Below are positions 29,747 to 39,941 of a stretch of 64,000 nucleotides of DNA, one piece after another. The notes under the pieces were generated by a model. It saw nothing but the letters and a program-made list of their open reading frames with translations, did no database searches and had not been told where the DNA came from. This DNA comes from a virus. Numbering within the stretch: the stretch's first letter is position 1; every line of letters starts with the position of its first letter. The stretch is taken from the IMG/VR virus record IMGVR_UViG_3300021962_000047, positions 32,001-96,000 of that record. The stretch is one strand, 5' to 3'. Made by a program: the position numbers and the translations under genes.

Positions 29747-32533
29747 TTATAAACAAGGGTTATCATTTATACAATCAGCACAATCTGTATATACTGGTGA
29801 ATCAATATAAAGTACATTACTACCAGGTGATATAGGACCAATTGGTCCAAAAAGTACCGTTATATAATAACACTTACCTTCATATTGGATTATATCACCA
29901 ACATTCAATATTGACGTACTATTAATTGAATCTAGTAATGAGTCACCATCATCACAACAACTTAATGCCGTCATATCTCCATACCCATAAACACATTCAT
30001 TTTCCGATGTACATTCAACACACGTTTCATAAACGTTAATTACAGTTAAACCTAATGGAGGTCCAATTGCTGGTGTTGGAAGAGTAATAATCTCAAAACA
30101 TTGGACAAACCCATCATGTTCTATAGTAACAATATCACCAAGATTTAAAGTTGTAAGGGAACTAATAATCTCAATAGGTTCTTCCCATCCATCTATACAA
30201 CACGATTTTAATGTTCCAACCTCATAATTGTAATATACCGGTTGTGAAAGTGTTGGTGTAGGTACTGGTGGTGTATATGTTGGTGTTGGCACCGGAGGTG
30301 TCTGTGTCGGAACTAACGGTGTTGACGTAACATCATTTGTCGGTTGAGGTGTAAATGACAATGTAGGTGTCATCGTAGCCGTCAACGTAGGTGTCATTGT
30401 CAACGTCGGTGTTTGAGTTTGAGTTGGATATAAGATTACATTAACATCAACCTCACAATTTTCATCCGTTACATTAAAGTTGAAATCACAATTTGCATCA
30501 ATAATATTAAATCCAAAATCACATTCGATATCATTAATTGCATAATCAAATCTACAAGTGACTGTATCAACATTGAAGTCGAAATAACATTGTGACAATA
30601 TCTCCAAACAGTTTGGACACCAATAATCGAATAAATTAAATCGGTCCTTCAATACCCTGAAGTTGTGTTGGATTTGAGATGAATCCAATGGTTCAACATA
30701 CATTCTGAATTGAGATATACCCCCCATAAAGGTTCCACCAAAATTTTGTTCCATCAAAATATCGGTTGTCAATCCAGATAATGAGGTACCTGACAAAGTA
30801 TTGTTCGGCATCAATTCAGGGTCCTGAATATATGGACCATAACGGTCTTCACAATTTTGGAAGATTAAACTCTCACGAAGACCTTGAGTACCACCACCCC
30901 ATGAAATGTTAAACGGAACTCCGATTTGTTTTTCACGTTGGGTGTTTAACTCACGAGGAATAATTTCTTCAAAATCTTCGATAACCATAAACAGGTAACC
31001 GTTAACATATAAACGAAGAACACCTCTTCTATCTTCAACTTGTCTTAACCATTTTCTGTTAAGTTCAATAACTTCTTCAGGTAATTCTTTTTTACCACCC
31101 TCGTGTGTTTGAGGGGGTTGAATAAGGTTTACCGTGGCACCATAGGTTTCAGAAGAATATACGTATTCGCGTATGTCTCCCAATCCCCCTTTATTTAATA
31201 GGTCACATCCGTCGTACCACCTATATCGGTCAAAGACAGCTGTTAACATTACCCATCTTTCTTTTGTTCTTTCGGCTTCAGAAACAGGATAACCACAAAC
31301 ATCATAGATACCACGAGATGAACATATCTCATTAATTGTATATCCCGAACAATATGTCAACCCAGTTGTTTCACATGTTCCCGTTGTGACGCAATCACCC
31401 GTTAACTTAATGTATTTAACACATAATCGTGGGTTTTTAGGGTCACCACTCAAACGAATAGACATTGCATTTGAGAATACATCCATCGCTGGGTCAACAG
31501 GTGGTTCAGGAACCTCTGTATTGTATGAACAAAACGGACCAATATTGTGTTGAACAGTTGTTGCGGTTTGAGGGTAAACCAACAAACAATGAGATAATGT
31601 ATTTGCGGTGTCGGCACATCCGCATGTTTTAATACAATCAGTTAAACCTGATGTAACTCTTTGGTATTCCCATTGTGTTCCACCCGACGTATCAAAATCA
31701 AAATCACATTTGAAATTCTCAGGAGTTTGAGTTAAACCAGAGGCTGGATGATAAAATTTATTTTCAGCACGAGTACCAAAGAAAAAGAATGTTCCCGCAT
31801 TTTCAGGGTAAACTGTGTTTAGATATGTCTGGTGTTGTTCACGGATATGGTATTCATCTACCTGACGTGGTTTGATAACCGTCTCCATTGTCCACCCCTT
31901 ATTAACCCTTTCAGGGAAAACTTCATAATCGTAACCATGTAATTTGTAGAAACCCTGAAAAAATCCACCATATAATTCTTGGTAATAACCAACTTGGCTA
32001 TCCTCCTTACTCATTATATTATAAATGGTTTCTTTTGGGTTACCTGAAAATCTAACATTTGGGGGGTTGGTGTAATCATACACCTGTCTCATCTTAAATC
32101 TTCGGTCGTAATAATGGGGGTTATAAGTCATAAACTCATCAATACCCATCGTATAATATAGTGTTTGACCTGTCATGTATTGATACATTCCTGTATCAAT
32201 CATTGTGAGACCCGCATCACATAATCCAGTATATCCTTTATAACAATTTAAATCTTCATTGTTTGGATTATAATAGTTTTTAGATGTGGCAGTATTTCCT
32301 GAATTAAAATTACCCCAATAAAGATAATCTTTTGGGTTTGACGCAGCGGAATTTAAGTCAATATTGATTGGTAAAATGTTACCATTCGTTTCGGCAATTA
32401 GATAATTTGAAAATACTACTTCCTCGTCGTAATTTTTTTCATCCGACGCTAAAGTTAAGTCAAAGTATTCACTATTATCTAACTTTATATCAAATCTATT
32501 AAAGTTAAAATTGTTAATGTTTTGAGTTGCCAT
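29747..32533 (-). CDS. Putative virion protein: LamG-like region, Thr/Pro linker and two Cys-rich C-terminal modules
   Basis: LRLYVNG, NISWGGG and GGISQFRMY (LamG-like); PTQTQTPTL linker; two CC...C...YxxCxxC...C modules. Confidence 0.65.
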   Translation of the reverse strand: MATQNINNFNFNRFDIKLDNSEYFDLTLASDEKNYDEEVVFSNYLIAETNGNILPINIDLNSAASNPKDYLYWGNFNSGNTATSKNYYNPNNEDLNCYKGYTGLCDAGLTMIDTGMYQYMTGQTLYYTMGIDEFMTYNPHYYDRRFKMRQVYDYTNPPNVRFSGNPKETIYNIMSKEDSQVGYYQELYGGFFQGFYKLHGYDYEVFPERVNKGWTMETVIKPRQVDEYHIREQHQTYLNTVYPENAGTFFFFGTRAENKFYHPASGLTQTPENFKCDFDFDTSGGTQWEYQRVTSGLTDCIKTCGCADTANTLSHCLLVYPQTATTVQHNIGPFCSYNTEVPEPPVDPAMDVFSNAMSIRLSGDPKNPRLCVKYIKLTGDCVTTGTCETTGLTYCSGYTINEICSSRGIYDVCGYPVSEAERTKERWVMLTAVFDRYRWYDGCDLLNKGGLGDIREYVYSSETYGATVNLIQPPQTHEGGKKELPEEVIELNRKWLRQVEDRRGVLRLYVNGYLFMVIEDFEEIIPRELNTQREKQIGVPFNISWGGGTQGLRESLIFQNCEDRYGPYIQDPELMPNNTLSGTSLSGLTTDILMEQNFGGTFMGGISQFRMYVEPLDSSQIQHNFRVLKDRFNLFDYWCPNCLEILSQCYFDFNVDTVTCRFDYAINDIECDFGFNIIDANCDFNFNVTDENCEVDVNVILYPTQTQTPTLTMTPTLTATMTPTLSFTPQPTNDVTSTPLVPTQTPPVPTPTYTPPVPTPTLSQPVYYNYEVGTLKSCCIDGWEEPIEIISSLTTLNLGDIVTIEHDGFVQCFEIITLPTPAIGPPLGLTVINVYETCVECTSENECVYGYGDMTALSCCDDGDSLLDSINSTSILNVGDIIQYEGKCYYITVLFGPIGPISPGSNVLYIDSPVYTDCADCINDNPCL

Positions 32534-32547
32534 TCAGGTTTTTAACT

Positions 32548-32573
32548 ATAAATACTTTCTTTGTTATATTTAT
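32548..32573. promoter_or_regulatory. Back-to-back divergent TATTTATA putative late promoters
   Basis: ATAAATA at 32548-32554 serves the minus-strand gene starting at 32533; TATTTAT at 32567-32573 serves the plus-strand gene at 32582. Confidence 0.65.
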
Positions 32574-32581
32574 ATGAAAAA

Positions 32582-33322
32582 ATGAGTATGGTAAAACATA
32601 ACATATTTCGAAAACAATCTGCAGCTGAAAAGAAAGCGAAAGAATTAGGATGTAAGGGAACCCACAAGCATGACGGTGGTTTTATGCCTTGCTCATCACA
32701 TAAAGAATGGGAAAAGGTTACATCAAAAGATAAAGTTGAAGGAGAAATTGAGGAACTTGTTGACTTTGATGGTACAATGTTAAGTTCAAAAATTCCTATT
32801 TTAGACCCTAAGGTAACTAATAAAGGTACCGACACAACTGATAAGACAGTTGCAACGTCTCGTATTACTCAAGACCCATTACATAGAGGTTATAGATTAT
32901 ACTATGGTGAGTCAGTAGTAAAAGAAGTGAATATGGAAGATGCTTTTGGTTATGAGGAAACCAAAGATATGGATGCCGAAGAAACAATTAAATTTTTAGA
33001 AAAAGAATTTGGTTTTGATGAAGATAAGGCTGAAGAAAGAGCTGAAGAAATGGGTAAAACACTAGAGCTTGATGATAAAAAATCTGACGGTGCATTTACA
33101 AGACAAAGATTACAAGAAAAAGAAAAAGTTTTTACAAAAGAAGAAATATTAAAAATGAAAGAAGATATTTTGGTAGACAAATCTGAAGATTCAGGTATTA
33201 AACCAGTATCAAAAGACATATCAAAAATTTTAATTAGAAACGTAAAAGCTTTAAAAACTTTAGCTAAAAAAGAAGGTGTATCAATTCAACAATTATTGAA
33301 GTACTTAAAAGATGAACAGTAA
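32582..33322 (+). CDS. Hypothetical protein with an N-terminal GC-x-G-x-H...MPC-x-x-H motif (DUF3721-like)
   Basis: AAEKKAKELGCKGTHKHDGGFMPCSSH. The start was moved to the in-frame ATG at 32582, downstream of the TATTTAT motif. Confidence 0.55.
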   Translation: MSMVKHNIFRKQSAAEKKAKELGCKGTHKHDGGFMPCSSHKEWEKVTSKDKVEGEIEELVDFDGTMLSSKIPILDPKVTNKGTDTTDKTVATSRITQDPLHRGYRLYYGESVVKEVNMEDAFGYEETKDMDAEETIKFLEKEFGFDEDKAEERAEEMGKTLELDDKKSDGAFTRQRLQEKEKVFTKEEILKMKEDILVDKSEDSGIKPVSKDISKILIRNVKALKTLAKKEGVSIQQLLKYLKDEQ

Positions 33323-33782
33323 ACTATACGATAGAAAAGCAAAGTTACCTGAATCTTTAATCGGGCATTTAGAAAATGCATTTAATTCTATTGAAGCCGA
33401 TGCAAATACTGAAGGTTTTAATAGAAACCAAGAAATTAGAAAAAATGGTATGATTAATTACCAACAATTAAAAAGAATTAAAAATTGGTTTGATTCATAT
33501 CAAGGAAATAAAGAAGACGCACCTTTTATATTAAATGGTGGTGACAGAATGAATACTTGGTGTAATCATGTTTTGGACCATTGGAGAAACACTTTGGAAG
33601 GTGGTAATCAAGTTAAATCGGACACCGGAATGCAAAACCAATTTATCGATTCACATGAAAAAGACGGAACTTCAGTCAATCCTCATGATAGACATGAAAA
33701 AGGTATAAACAAATTCGACACTGCAATCAGTGAAGATATAAAAAGAATGAAAAAAATAATAACCCATGGCAACACAAAATGA
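33312..33782 (+). CDS. Hypothetical protein
   Basis: 156 aa; QLKRIKNWFD...LNGG...W resembles the C-terminal half of 53293..53850. Confidence 0.6.
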   Translation: MNSKLYDRKAKLPESLIGHLENAFNSIEADANTEGFNRNQEIRKNGMINYQQLKRIKNWFDSYQGNKEDAPFILNGGDRMNTWCNHVLDHWRNTLEGGNQVKSDTGMQNQFIDSHEKDGTSVNPHDRHEKGINKFDTAISEDIKRMKKIITHGNTK

Positions 33783-34062
33783 CAAATTAGATTTTACCCA
33801 GCCAGCAAACAAGTTATCTGAGATTGCTGAACAAGAAAGAGGTAAATTATTCCCACGTAATGATTATTCTCCTGAATCACAACAGTATTCTGCAGGACAC
33901 CCTGACGCATTGGCCGACGGTGATACTGAAGGTAGAGGTACTGGTAAATTTTTAGATATACATAACCAAAGTGCGGGAACTAGTGTTGATGTAAGCGAAA
34001 GAAAAGAAGACATCAAAATTAACAGATATAACCAAGACAAACCTTATTACGTACCAGCATAA
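33766..34062 (+). CDS. Hypothetical protein
   Basis: 98-aa ORF in a tightly coupled operon. Confidence 0.6.
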   Translation: MATQNDKLDFTQPANKLSEIAEQERGKLFPRNDYSPESQQYSAGHPDALADGDTEGRGTGKFLDIHNQSAGTSVDVSERKEDIKINRYNQDKPYYVPA

Positions 34063-34457
34063 TGAAACTTCTCAATAGTTTTAAATCCCTAATCACAGAA
34101 ATTGCGTCCTTGAATGATATTCAAAATTCAATCAAGAACAAAACCGTCATGACCATATTTTACGATGGTGACGAACCAGGTGGTAGAGGATTAAGAACTA
34201 TTGAACCTGTTTGTATTGGGTATAGTAAAGCAGGAAACTTAGTTTTAAGAGCTTGGGATTTGACGGGAGCATCTCACACAGCATATCTCGGCTCTCAGCC
34301 ATTACCATCGTGGAGATTATTTAGGGTAGATAAAATCTTTACTTATAAACCAACTGGTGATAAGTTTTATTCACCAAGACCGGGGTATAACCCAAATGGA
34401 GATAAAAGTATGTCAAGAGTAATACTTAACGCAAATTTTAATACAGAAAATGAGTGA
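34062..34457 (+). CDS. Standalone WYL-domain protein
   Basis: IFYDG...RTIEPVCIG...VLRAWD...WRLFRVDKI; no HTH domain. Confidence 0.8.
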   Translation: MKLLNSFKSLITEIASLNDIQNSIKNKTVMTIFYDGDEPGGRGLRTIEPVCIGYSKAGNLVLRAWDLTGASHTAYLGSQPLPSWRLFRVDKIFTYKPTGDKFYSPRPGYNPNGDKSMSRVILNANFNTENE

Positions 34458-35016
34458 TTTAATGCAAAAACTAGCATTATCTAAAAAGATAATGGAAGCA
34501 CAAGATAGAATTCCAAGAGGTCAGTCCGCAGGATTACCTATGAATGAAAATAATGCCAATTATAATATTCCATCAGAATATATGGAATCTCAAACAACTA
34601 CACCTGTTCAACAGAATGTACAACCAATTACCGAAGATAAAATTAATAACTCTAAATTACCTGACCACATTAAAAAATTAATGTTAGAAAATCCTATTCA
34701 ACAACCAAACGTTATGGGATTTGGTGGAGGTTCGGTTCTTTCAGATGATATCATTGAAGGTGCCTCAAGATTGATGAATACAGAAAAAAAATCTTCTCCT
34801 CAAAGACAACCTCAATCACAATCTGTAGTTGAGAATTCTGAATTAAAGCAAATGATTAGAGATGTTGTCCGTGATACTGTTAGAGATGTAGTTAAAGAAG
34901 AGTTACAAAAGGCTGGAATGATATCTGAAGGTGAAAAATCAGACGAATTATTACAGCTAAAAGTTGGTAGTCACATTTTTGAAGGTAGAATTACCAAAAT
35001 CAAAAAACTAAAGTAA
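34450..35016 (+). CDS. Hypothetical protein
   Basis: 188 aa; NSKLPDHIKKLMLENPI motif and an ELKQMIRDVVRDTV helix. Confidence 0.6.
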   Translation: MSDLMQKLALSKKIMEAQDRIPRGQSAGLPMNENNANYNIPSEYMESQTTTPVQQNVQPITEDKINNSKLPDHIKKLMLENPIQQPNVMGFGGGSVLSDDIIEGASRLMNTEKKSSPQRQPQSQSVVENSELKQMIRDVVRDTVRDVVKEELQKAGMISEGEKSDELLQLKVGSHIFEGRITKIKKLK

Positions 35017-35068
35017 AACCCTTTTTTTATTAGTTTTTTTTGGTTATACTTAAGTTAAAACTTATAGT

Positions 35069-36277
35069 ATGTCCAAAATAAAAGTATTAGTATTACCATC
35101 CGATAAAACAGGAGTTGGTAAATTTCGTTCACTCGACCCACACATTTTTTTACAAACAAAATATCCTGAAGATTTTCACGTTGATATCGATTATGAACCT
35201 CGGGTTAATGATATCAATTATTGGAAACAATATCATATTGTACATTTTCACAGAACCATCTTTCCTGATTACGATGCCAGTGCTAAAATAATTAGAAACC
35301 TTAATCAAATGGGTATCGTCACTATTATGGATATTGACGACTATTGGATGCCAACAAAGGAGCATCCTGTTTATCATTTAGTAAACGAATCTAAATTGAA
35401 TTTAAAGATTGTTGAGAATATAAAGGCAGCTCAATACGTTACAACTACTACTGAAATTTTTGCTCAAGAAATTAAAAAACATAATAAAAATGTTTTCGTA
35501 TTACCAAACGCAATAAATCCTGACGAACCTCAGTTTAAAGAACCAACACAACCTTCAGATAAAGTACGTTTTGGTTGGTTAGGTGGTTCATCTCACTTAC
35601 ATGACTTAATGTTAATGAATGGTTCATTTAACAGATTAGAACCCCTTAAAGATAAATTTGAAGTTTATTTATGTGGTTTTGATATTAGAGGCACTGTTAC
35701 GGAAATTAATCAACAAACAGGTGAAAAAAGACAAAGACCAATTCAACCAAACGAAACCGTATGGCATCAATATGAACAGATATTCACAGCAAATGGTTTG
35801 TTAATAACACCTGAACACCAAGAATTTTTATCTAAATTTAAAGATGAAGAGTGGAATGGTGAATCTGTATATCATAGAGTTTGGACAAAACCTGTAACCT
35901 CTTACGCTAAAAACTATTCAAAATTTGATGTATCATTAGCACCAATTAAAGACCATATTTTTAATAGAGCTAAATCACAACTTAAAGTTATTGAGGCTGG
36001 GTTTTATAAGAAAGCAATAATAGCATCTAATATTGGTCCTTACACAATTGACTTGAAACATTCATTAGAAAATGGTAACTTTGTTGATGGAAACGCATTG
36101 TTAGTTGATGAACGTAGAAATCATAGTGATTGGTCTAAGTTTATGAAAAAATTAATCGACAACCCATCTTGGGTTGAAGATTTAGGAAATAGATTATACG
36201 AAACAGTAAAACCAAAGTATGATTTAAATGTAGTCACAGAAACAAGAGCTCAACTTTACAAACACTTAGCAAAATGA
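35069..36277 (+). CDS. Glycosyltransferase (GT-B, GT4-like)
   Basis: MDIDDYW, VLPNAI, GWLGGSSHLHDL and DVSLAPI...FNRAKSQLKVIEAG...IIAS. Confidence 0.85.
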   Translation: MSKIKVLVLPSDKTGVGKFRSLDPHIFLQTKYPEDFHVDIDYEPRVNDINYWKQYHIVHFHRTIFPDYDASAKIIRNLNQMGIVTIMDIDDYWMPTKEHPVYHLVNESKLNLKIVENIKAAQYVTTTTEIFAQEIKKHNKNVFVLPNAINPDEPQFKEPTQPSDKVRFGWLGGSSHLHDLMLMNGSFNRLEPLKDKFEVYLCGFDIRGTVTEINQQTGEKRQRPIQPNETVWHQYEQIFTANGLLITPEHQEFLSKFKDEEWNGESVYHRVWTKPVTSYAKNYSKFDVSLAPIKDHIFNRAKSQLKVIEAGFYKKAIIASNIGPYTIDLKHSLENGNFVDGNALLVDERRNHSDWSKFMKKLIDNPSWVEDLGNRLYETVKPKYDLNVVTETRAQLYKHLAK

Positions 36278-36975
36278 TTAATATACCTATTACAAAAATT
36301 TTATTTATTGACATCGAAACTGTAGGTGCCGCACCTGATTTTGATGGGTTGGAAAAAGTTTATCCCGAATTGTCTTATCAGTTTAAAAATTATCTCGATT
36401 GGTTTGAAAAGAGATTTCCTGAACATGCAGGAAAGGGTCCTAATGAGATGTTTTACAACAAAGCAGCATTAGTATCTGAATTCTTAAAAATTGTATGTGT
36501 CAGTGTTGGTTTCGTAGACCCAACAGGAGAAATAAAGATGCAAAGTTTTTATGGTGATGACGAAAAACAAATTTTAAAAGAAACTCAAAATTTATTAAAA
36601 AGAATTGGTAAACTCGGATTTCACCTTTGTGGTCACAACGTTAAAGGATTTGATATTCCCGTATTGGCAAAACGAATGGTTATCAACGGAATCAAACCAC
36701 CTGAAATTCTTCCAAATCACGATACTAAACCATGGGAAATTAAAGCTCTCGATACCAAAGAACTTTGGCAGTTTGGAAGCTTCTCAACTATCGGTTCGTT
36801 AGAATTGATGTGTATTTGTATGGGTGTTGAATCATCAAAAAATATGGAAGTGGTTGGTAACAAAGTTCACGAAGCATATTGGATTGATGGTAAATTGGAA
36901 CAAATTAAAGATTATTGTGAAAAGGATGTTGAAGTCCTTATAAATGTTGTACGTAAATTTTATGAATTGTCATGA
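36274..36975 (+). CDS. Standalone 3'-5' exonuclease (PolB-exonuclease-like, DEDDy)
   Basis: FIDIETV, GHNVKGFDIP, LDTKELW and YCEKDV. Confidence 0.85.
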   Translation: MINIPITKILFIDIETVGAAPDFDGLEKVYPELSYQFKNYLDWFEKRFPEHAGKGPNEMFYNKAALVSEFLKIVCVSVGFVDPTGEIKMQSFYGDDEKQILKETQNLLKRIGKLGFHLCGHNVKGFDIPVLAKRMVINGIKPPEILPNHDTKPWEIKALDTKELWQFGSFSTIGSLELMCICMGVESSKNMEVVGNKVHEAYWIDGKLEQIKDYCEKDVEVLINVVRKFYELS

Positions 36976-37568
36976 TTAACAAAATAAAAGGAATTAAAGA
37001 TAGTATTAAAATGTTGACGGAATTACAAGAAAATTCCGCAAACATGGATTTAAATAAAATGATGTCAAATATGGGTATCGATATGGAAACCCTTAATAAA
37101 GAATTTGAAAAATCTTTTGAGTTTGATAAAACAATAGATTTAGAATATACATTCAAATCGGTAAACCCTGAACCATCATACGCATATCCAACAGATTCTG
37201 GTTTTGATTTAAGAGCCAATGAGAATGTAAAATTTTCGGGTTTTGAAAGAAAATTAGTATCAACGGGTTTGTTTGTTAATATCCCAGAAGGGTATGAAAT
37301 TCAAGTAAGACCAAAAAGTGGTTTAGCACTAAATAAAGGTTTGTCAGTTTTAAATACCCCAGGTACGGTAGACCAAGGTTATACTGGCGAAATTAAAGTA
37401 ATTGTAATCAATATGTCTAATCTACCACAGGAGATTAAGATTGGAGATAAAATTGGTCAAGCAGTTTTATGTCCTGTAGTTGCGGGTAAATTCGTTAATC
37501 TAAAACGAGTTTTAAATGTAGAGGAAAAAGACAGAGGAGATAATGGATTCGGCTCAACTGGAAATTAA
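36972..37568 (+). CDS. dut: Trimeric dUTPase with an N-terminal extension
   Basis: SGFDL, RPKSGLA, NTPGTVDQGYTGEI, IGQAV and RGDNGFGSTG. Confidence 0.95.
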   Translation: MINKIKGIKDSIKMLTELQENSANMDLNKMMSNMGIDMETLNKEFEKSFEFDKTIDLEYTFKSVNPEPSYAYPTDSGFDLRANENVKFSGFERKLVSTGLFVNIPEGYEIQVRPKSGLALNKGLSVLNTPGTVDQGYTGEIKVIVINMSNLPQEIKIGDKIGQAVLCPVVAGKFVNLKRVLNVEEKDRGDNGFGSTGN

Positions 37569-37569
37569 T

Positions 37570-37956
37570 ATGGAAAATATTAGCCCTGTACTACCTGAAG
37601 GTATTAAAAATTACCTTATTGATATTGACGGAACAATTACCGATGATATCCCAAATGAAGAACCATGGAGAATGCTCGACTCATTACCATATGAAGGGTG
37701 TGTTGACATTATTAATCAATGGTACCAAGAAGGACACATAATTACATTTTTTACATCAAGAACTGAAGAACATAGAGCGGTTACTGATACGTGGTTACAA
37801 AAAAATGGATTTCAGTTCCATCATCTTTTAATGAATAAACCTCGTGGCGGTAACTATCATTGGATTGATAACCATATTGTGAGAGCAACTCGATATAATG
37901 GCAAATGGACACCAATGACTACCGTAACCACGGACATACAAGTTTTTGGAGAATGA
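37570..37956 (+). CDS. HAD-family phosphatase (capsule-biosynthesis-phosphatase-like)
   Basis: IDIDGTI, FFTSR, LMNKP and WIDN. The start was moved to the ATG just after the dut stop. Confidence 0.75.
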   Translation: MENISPVLPEGIKNYLIDIDGTITDDIPNEEPWRMLDSLPYEGCVDIINQWYQEGHIITFFTSRTEEHRAVTDTWLQKNGFQFHHLLMNKPRGGNYHWIDNHIVRATRYNGKWTPMTTVTTDIQVFGE

Positions 37957-39332
37957 TTACAATTGGGTATAGTACAAAAAAAATTGACCCGTCGTTTAAG
38001 GAATATATTACAAAATCAGTTGGGTTACCAAATGTGGAAGTTATTCCATTTGAAAATCCGGGAACACACTCATTAACTGAAGCTTATAATATTATTTTAG
38101 AACAATCATCAAATGATATCGTGGTATTGTGTCACGATGACATTTATTTTGAGAATAACAACTGGGGTAATAAAGTATTAAAACACTTTAAACGCAATCC
38201 TGAATATGGAATTATCGGTGTTGCCGGTTCTAAATATATGCCTCCATCAGGTAGATGGTGGGAAGTACAAACAGAAATGTTTGGTATTGTAAATCACGAA
38301 CACGAAGGTAGAAAATGGACATCAAAATATAGTGAAACTAAAAATAGTAAATTAGATGACACTATCATTGTTGATGGACTTTTTATGGTCTTAAACAAAA
38401 AGAACATTAAAACAAAATTTAATGAAGAGGTAAAAGGATTTCATTTTTATGAAATAGATTTTTGTTATAGAAACTTTTTAAATGGTGTTAAAATTGGTGT
38501 TTTTTATGATGTTAGAATTACTCATAAATCAATTGGTATGACCAATGAACAATGGGAAAATAATAGACAACAATTCACCGAAACATTTAAAAATGATTTA
38601 CCTAAAATCATTCCAACAGAATTTGATAAAAAACAAATTAAAAAGAATGAACCACTGGTTACTATTGCAATGCCAATTTATAACTACGCAAAAAGATTGA
38701 ACCATACGTTATTATCTATTTTTAATCAGGATTACACCAACTTTGAAATTATCATAGTCAACGACGGGTCAACCGATGAGTATTGTTTAATGAAATTAAA
38801 AACATTAGAAGGTCAAGAAGGTATTAAGATAATTCATAAAGATAATGGTGGAGTATCATCAACAAGAAACCGTGCCGTTAGAGAAGGTAATGGTGAATAT
38901 GTACTACCATTAGATGCTGATGATATGATATTACCAGGATACATAAAAACGGGTGTTGCGATACTAAAAAATAATCCTAAAATAAGTCCCGTTTATTGTG
39001 ATACCATCCATGTTGGTGAGATGCAAGGTTTAGAAAAAAGACCTGAATGGAGCAATGAACGACTTTTACAAGGACCATTTATCGTAAATAGCTCTTTATA
39101 CACAAGAGATGCTTACAACGAGGTTGGGGGTTATGATGAAGAATTACAGGGTTGGGAAGATTATCACTTTTGGTTGAAAATGATGAAAAAAGGATATGTC
39201 GGAAAACGTATCCCTAAAGGTTTATTTATTTATTTTCATCACGAAAAAGATGGTTCAGTTTCTACGGAAGCGAATACTAATCAACAAATGTTGTATAATA
39301 AAATAATGGATAAATTATCAACATATGAATAA
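37953..39332 (+). CDS. Two-domain GT-A glycosyltransferase (GT2-like plus GT2)
   Basis: Domain 1 has LCHDDI, VDGLF and FHFYEID. Domain 2 has AMPIYN, VNDGSTD, LDADD and WEDY. The start ATG at 37953 forms an ATGA overlap. Confidence 0.88.
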   Translation: MITIGYSTKKIDPSFKEYITKSVGLPNVEVIPFENPGTHSLTEAYNIILEQSSNDIVVLCHDDIYFENNNWGNKVLKHFKRNPEYGIIGVAGSKYMPPSGRWWEVQTEMFGIVNHEHEGRKWTSKYSETKNSKLDDTIIVDGLFMVLNKKNIKTKFNEEVKGFHFYEIDFCYRNFLNGVKIGVFYDVRITHKSIGMTNEQWENNRQQFTETFKNDLPKIIPTEFDKKQIKKNEPLVTIAMPIYNYAKRLNHTLLSIFNQDYTNFEIIIVNDGSTDEYCLMKLKTLEGQEGIKIIHKDNGGVSSTRNRAVREGNGEYVLPLDADDMILPGYIKTGVAILKNNPKISPVYCDTIHVGEMQGLEKRPEWSNERLLQGPFIVNSSLYTRDAYNEVGGYDEELQGWEDYHFWLKMMKKGYVGKRIPKGLFIYFHHEKDGSVSTEANTNQQMLYNKIMDKLSTYE

Positions 39333-39939
39333 TATGCAAAATTATAAAATACTTGGAGTAGGACACCCTAGAACAGGAACGGGTTATACATCAAAATTAT
39401 TATCTAGTTTTGGATTCTCTGTTGGTCATGAAACATTGCAAAATGATGGGATTGTGGCATGGCAAGTTATGTTATCATCTAAAGATTTTAAAAATGGAAT
39501 ACCGTGGGTATATCCAAAAATTGATTACGACAAAATTAATTTTGAAACTATAATATATAACACTCGAAATCCACTAAACAGTATACCATCTATTGTTTAT
39601 ACTGAAAATCCATCTTTGAGTGATAGAAAAACCATTGTGGATTTTTCAGAGGCATCAAACCCAGTCGAGATGGCAATAATTTCAATTTGTACTTTTGATA
39701 CTTTAATCAAAAATAAGTATAAAAACCTTATTCAATATCGTGTTGAAGACGAACAAGAAAAATTGTTCAATTTACTGTCAAAAAAATATGAAATAAATCC
39801 CAATTATAATCTACCACCATCGAGTTATAATTCAAGAAAAAATAGAATAGGAAAAATCGATTATTCGGTAGTTAGACCAAAATTTCAAGAAATGATTAAT
39901 AATTATTGTTTGGAATATGGATACCCAAAAATCTTTTAA
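39325..39939 (+). CDS. Sulfotransferase-like protein
   Basis: PAPS-binding-like GHPRTGTGY, plus GHE, RNPL..I.S and YRVED. Confidence 0.65.
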   Translation: MNNMQNYKILGVGHPRTGTGYTSKLLSSFGFSVGHETLQNDGIVAWQVMLSSKDFKNGIPWVYPKIDYDKINFETIIYNTRNPLNSIPSIVYTENPSLSDRKTIVDFSEASNPVEMAIISICTFDTLIKNKYKNLIQYRVEDEQEKLFNLLSKKYEINPNYNLPPSSYNSRKNRIGKIDYSVVRPKFQEMINNYCLEYGYPKIF

Positions 39940-39941
39940 TT

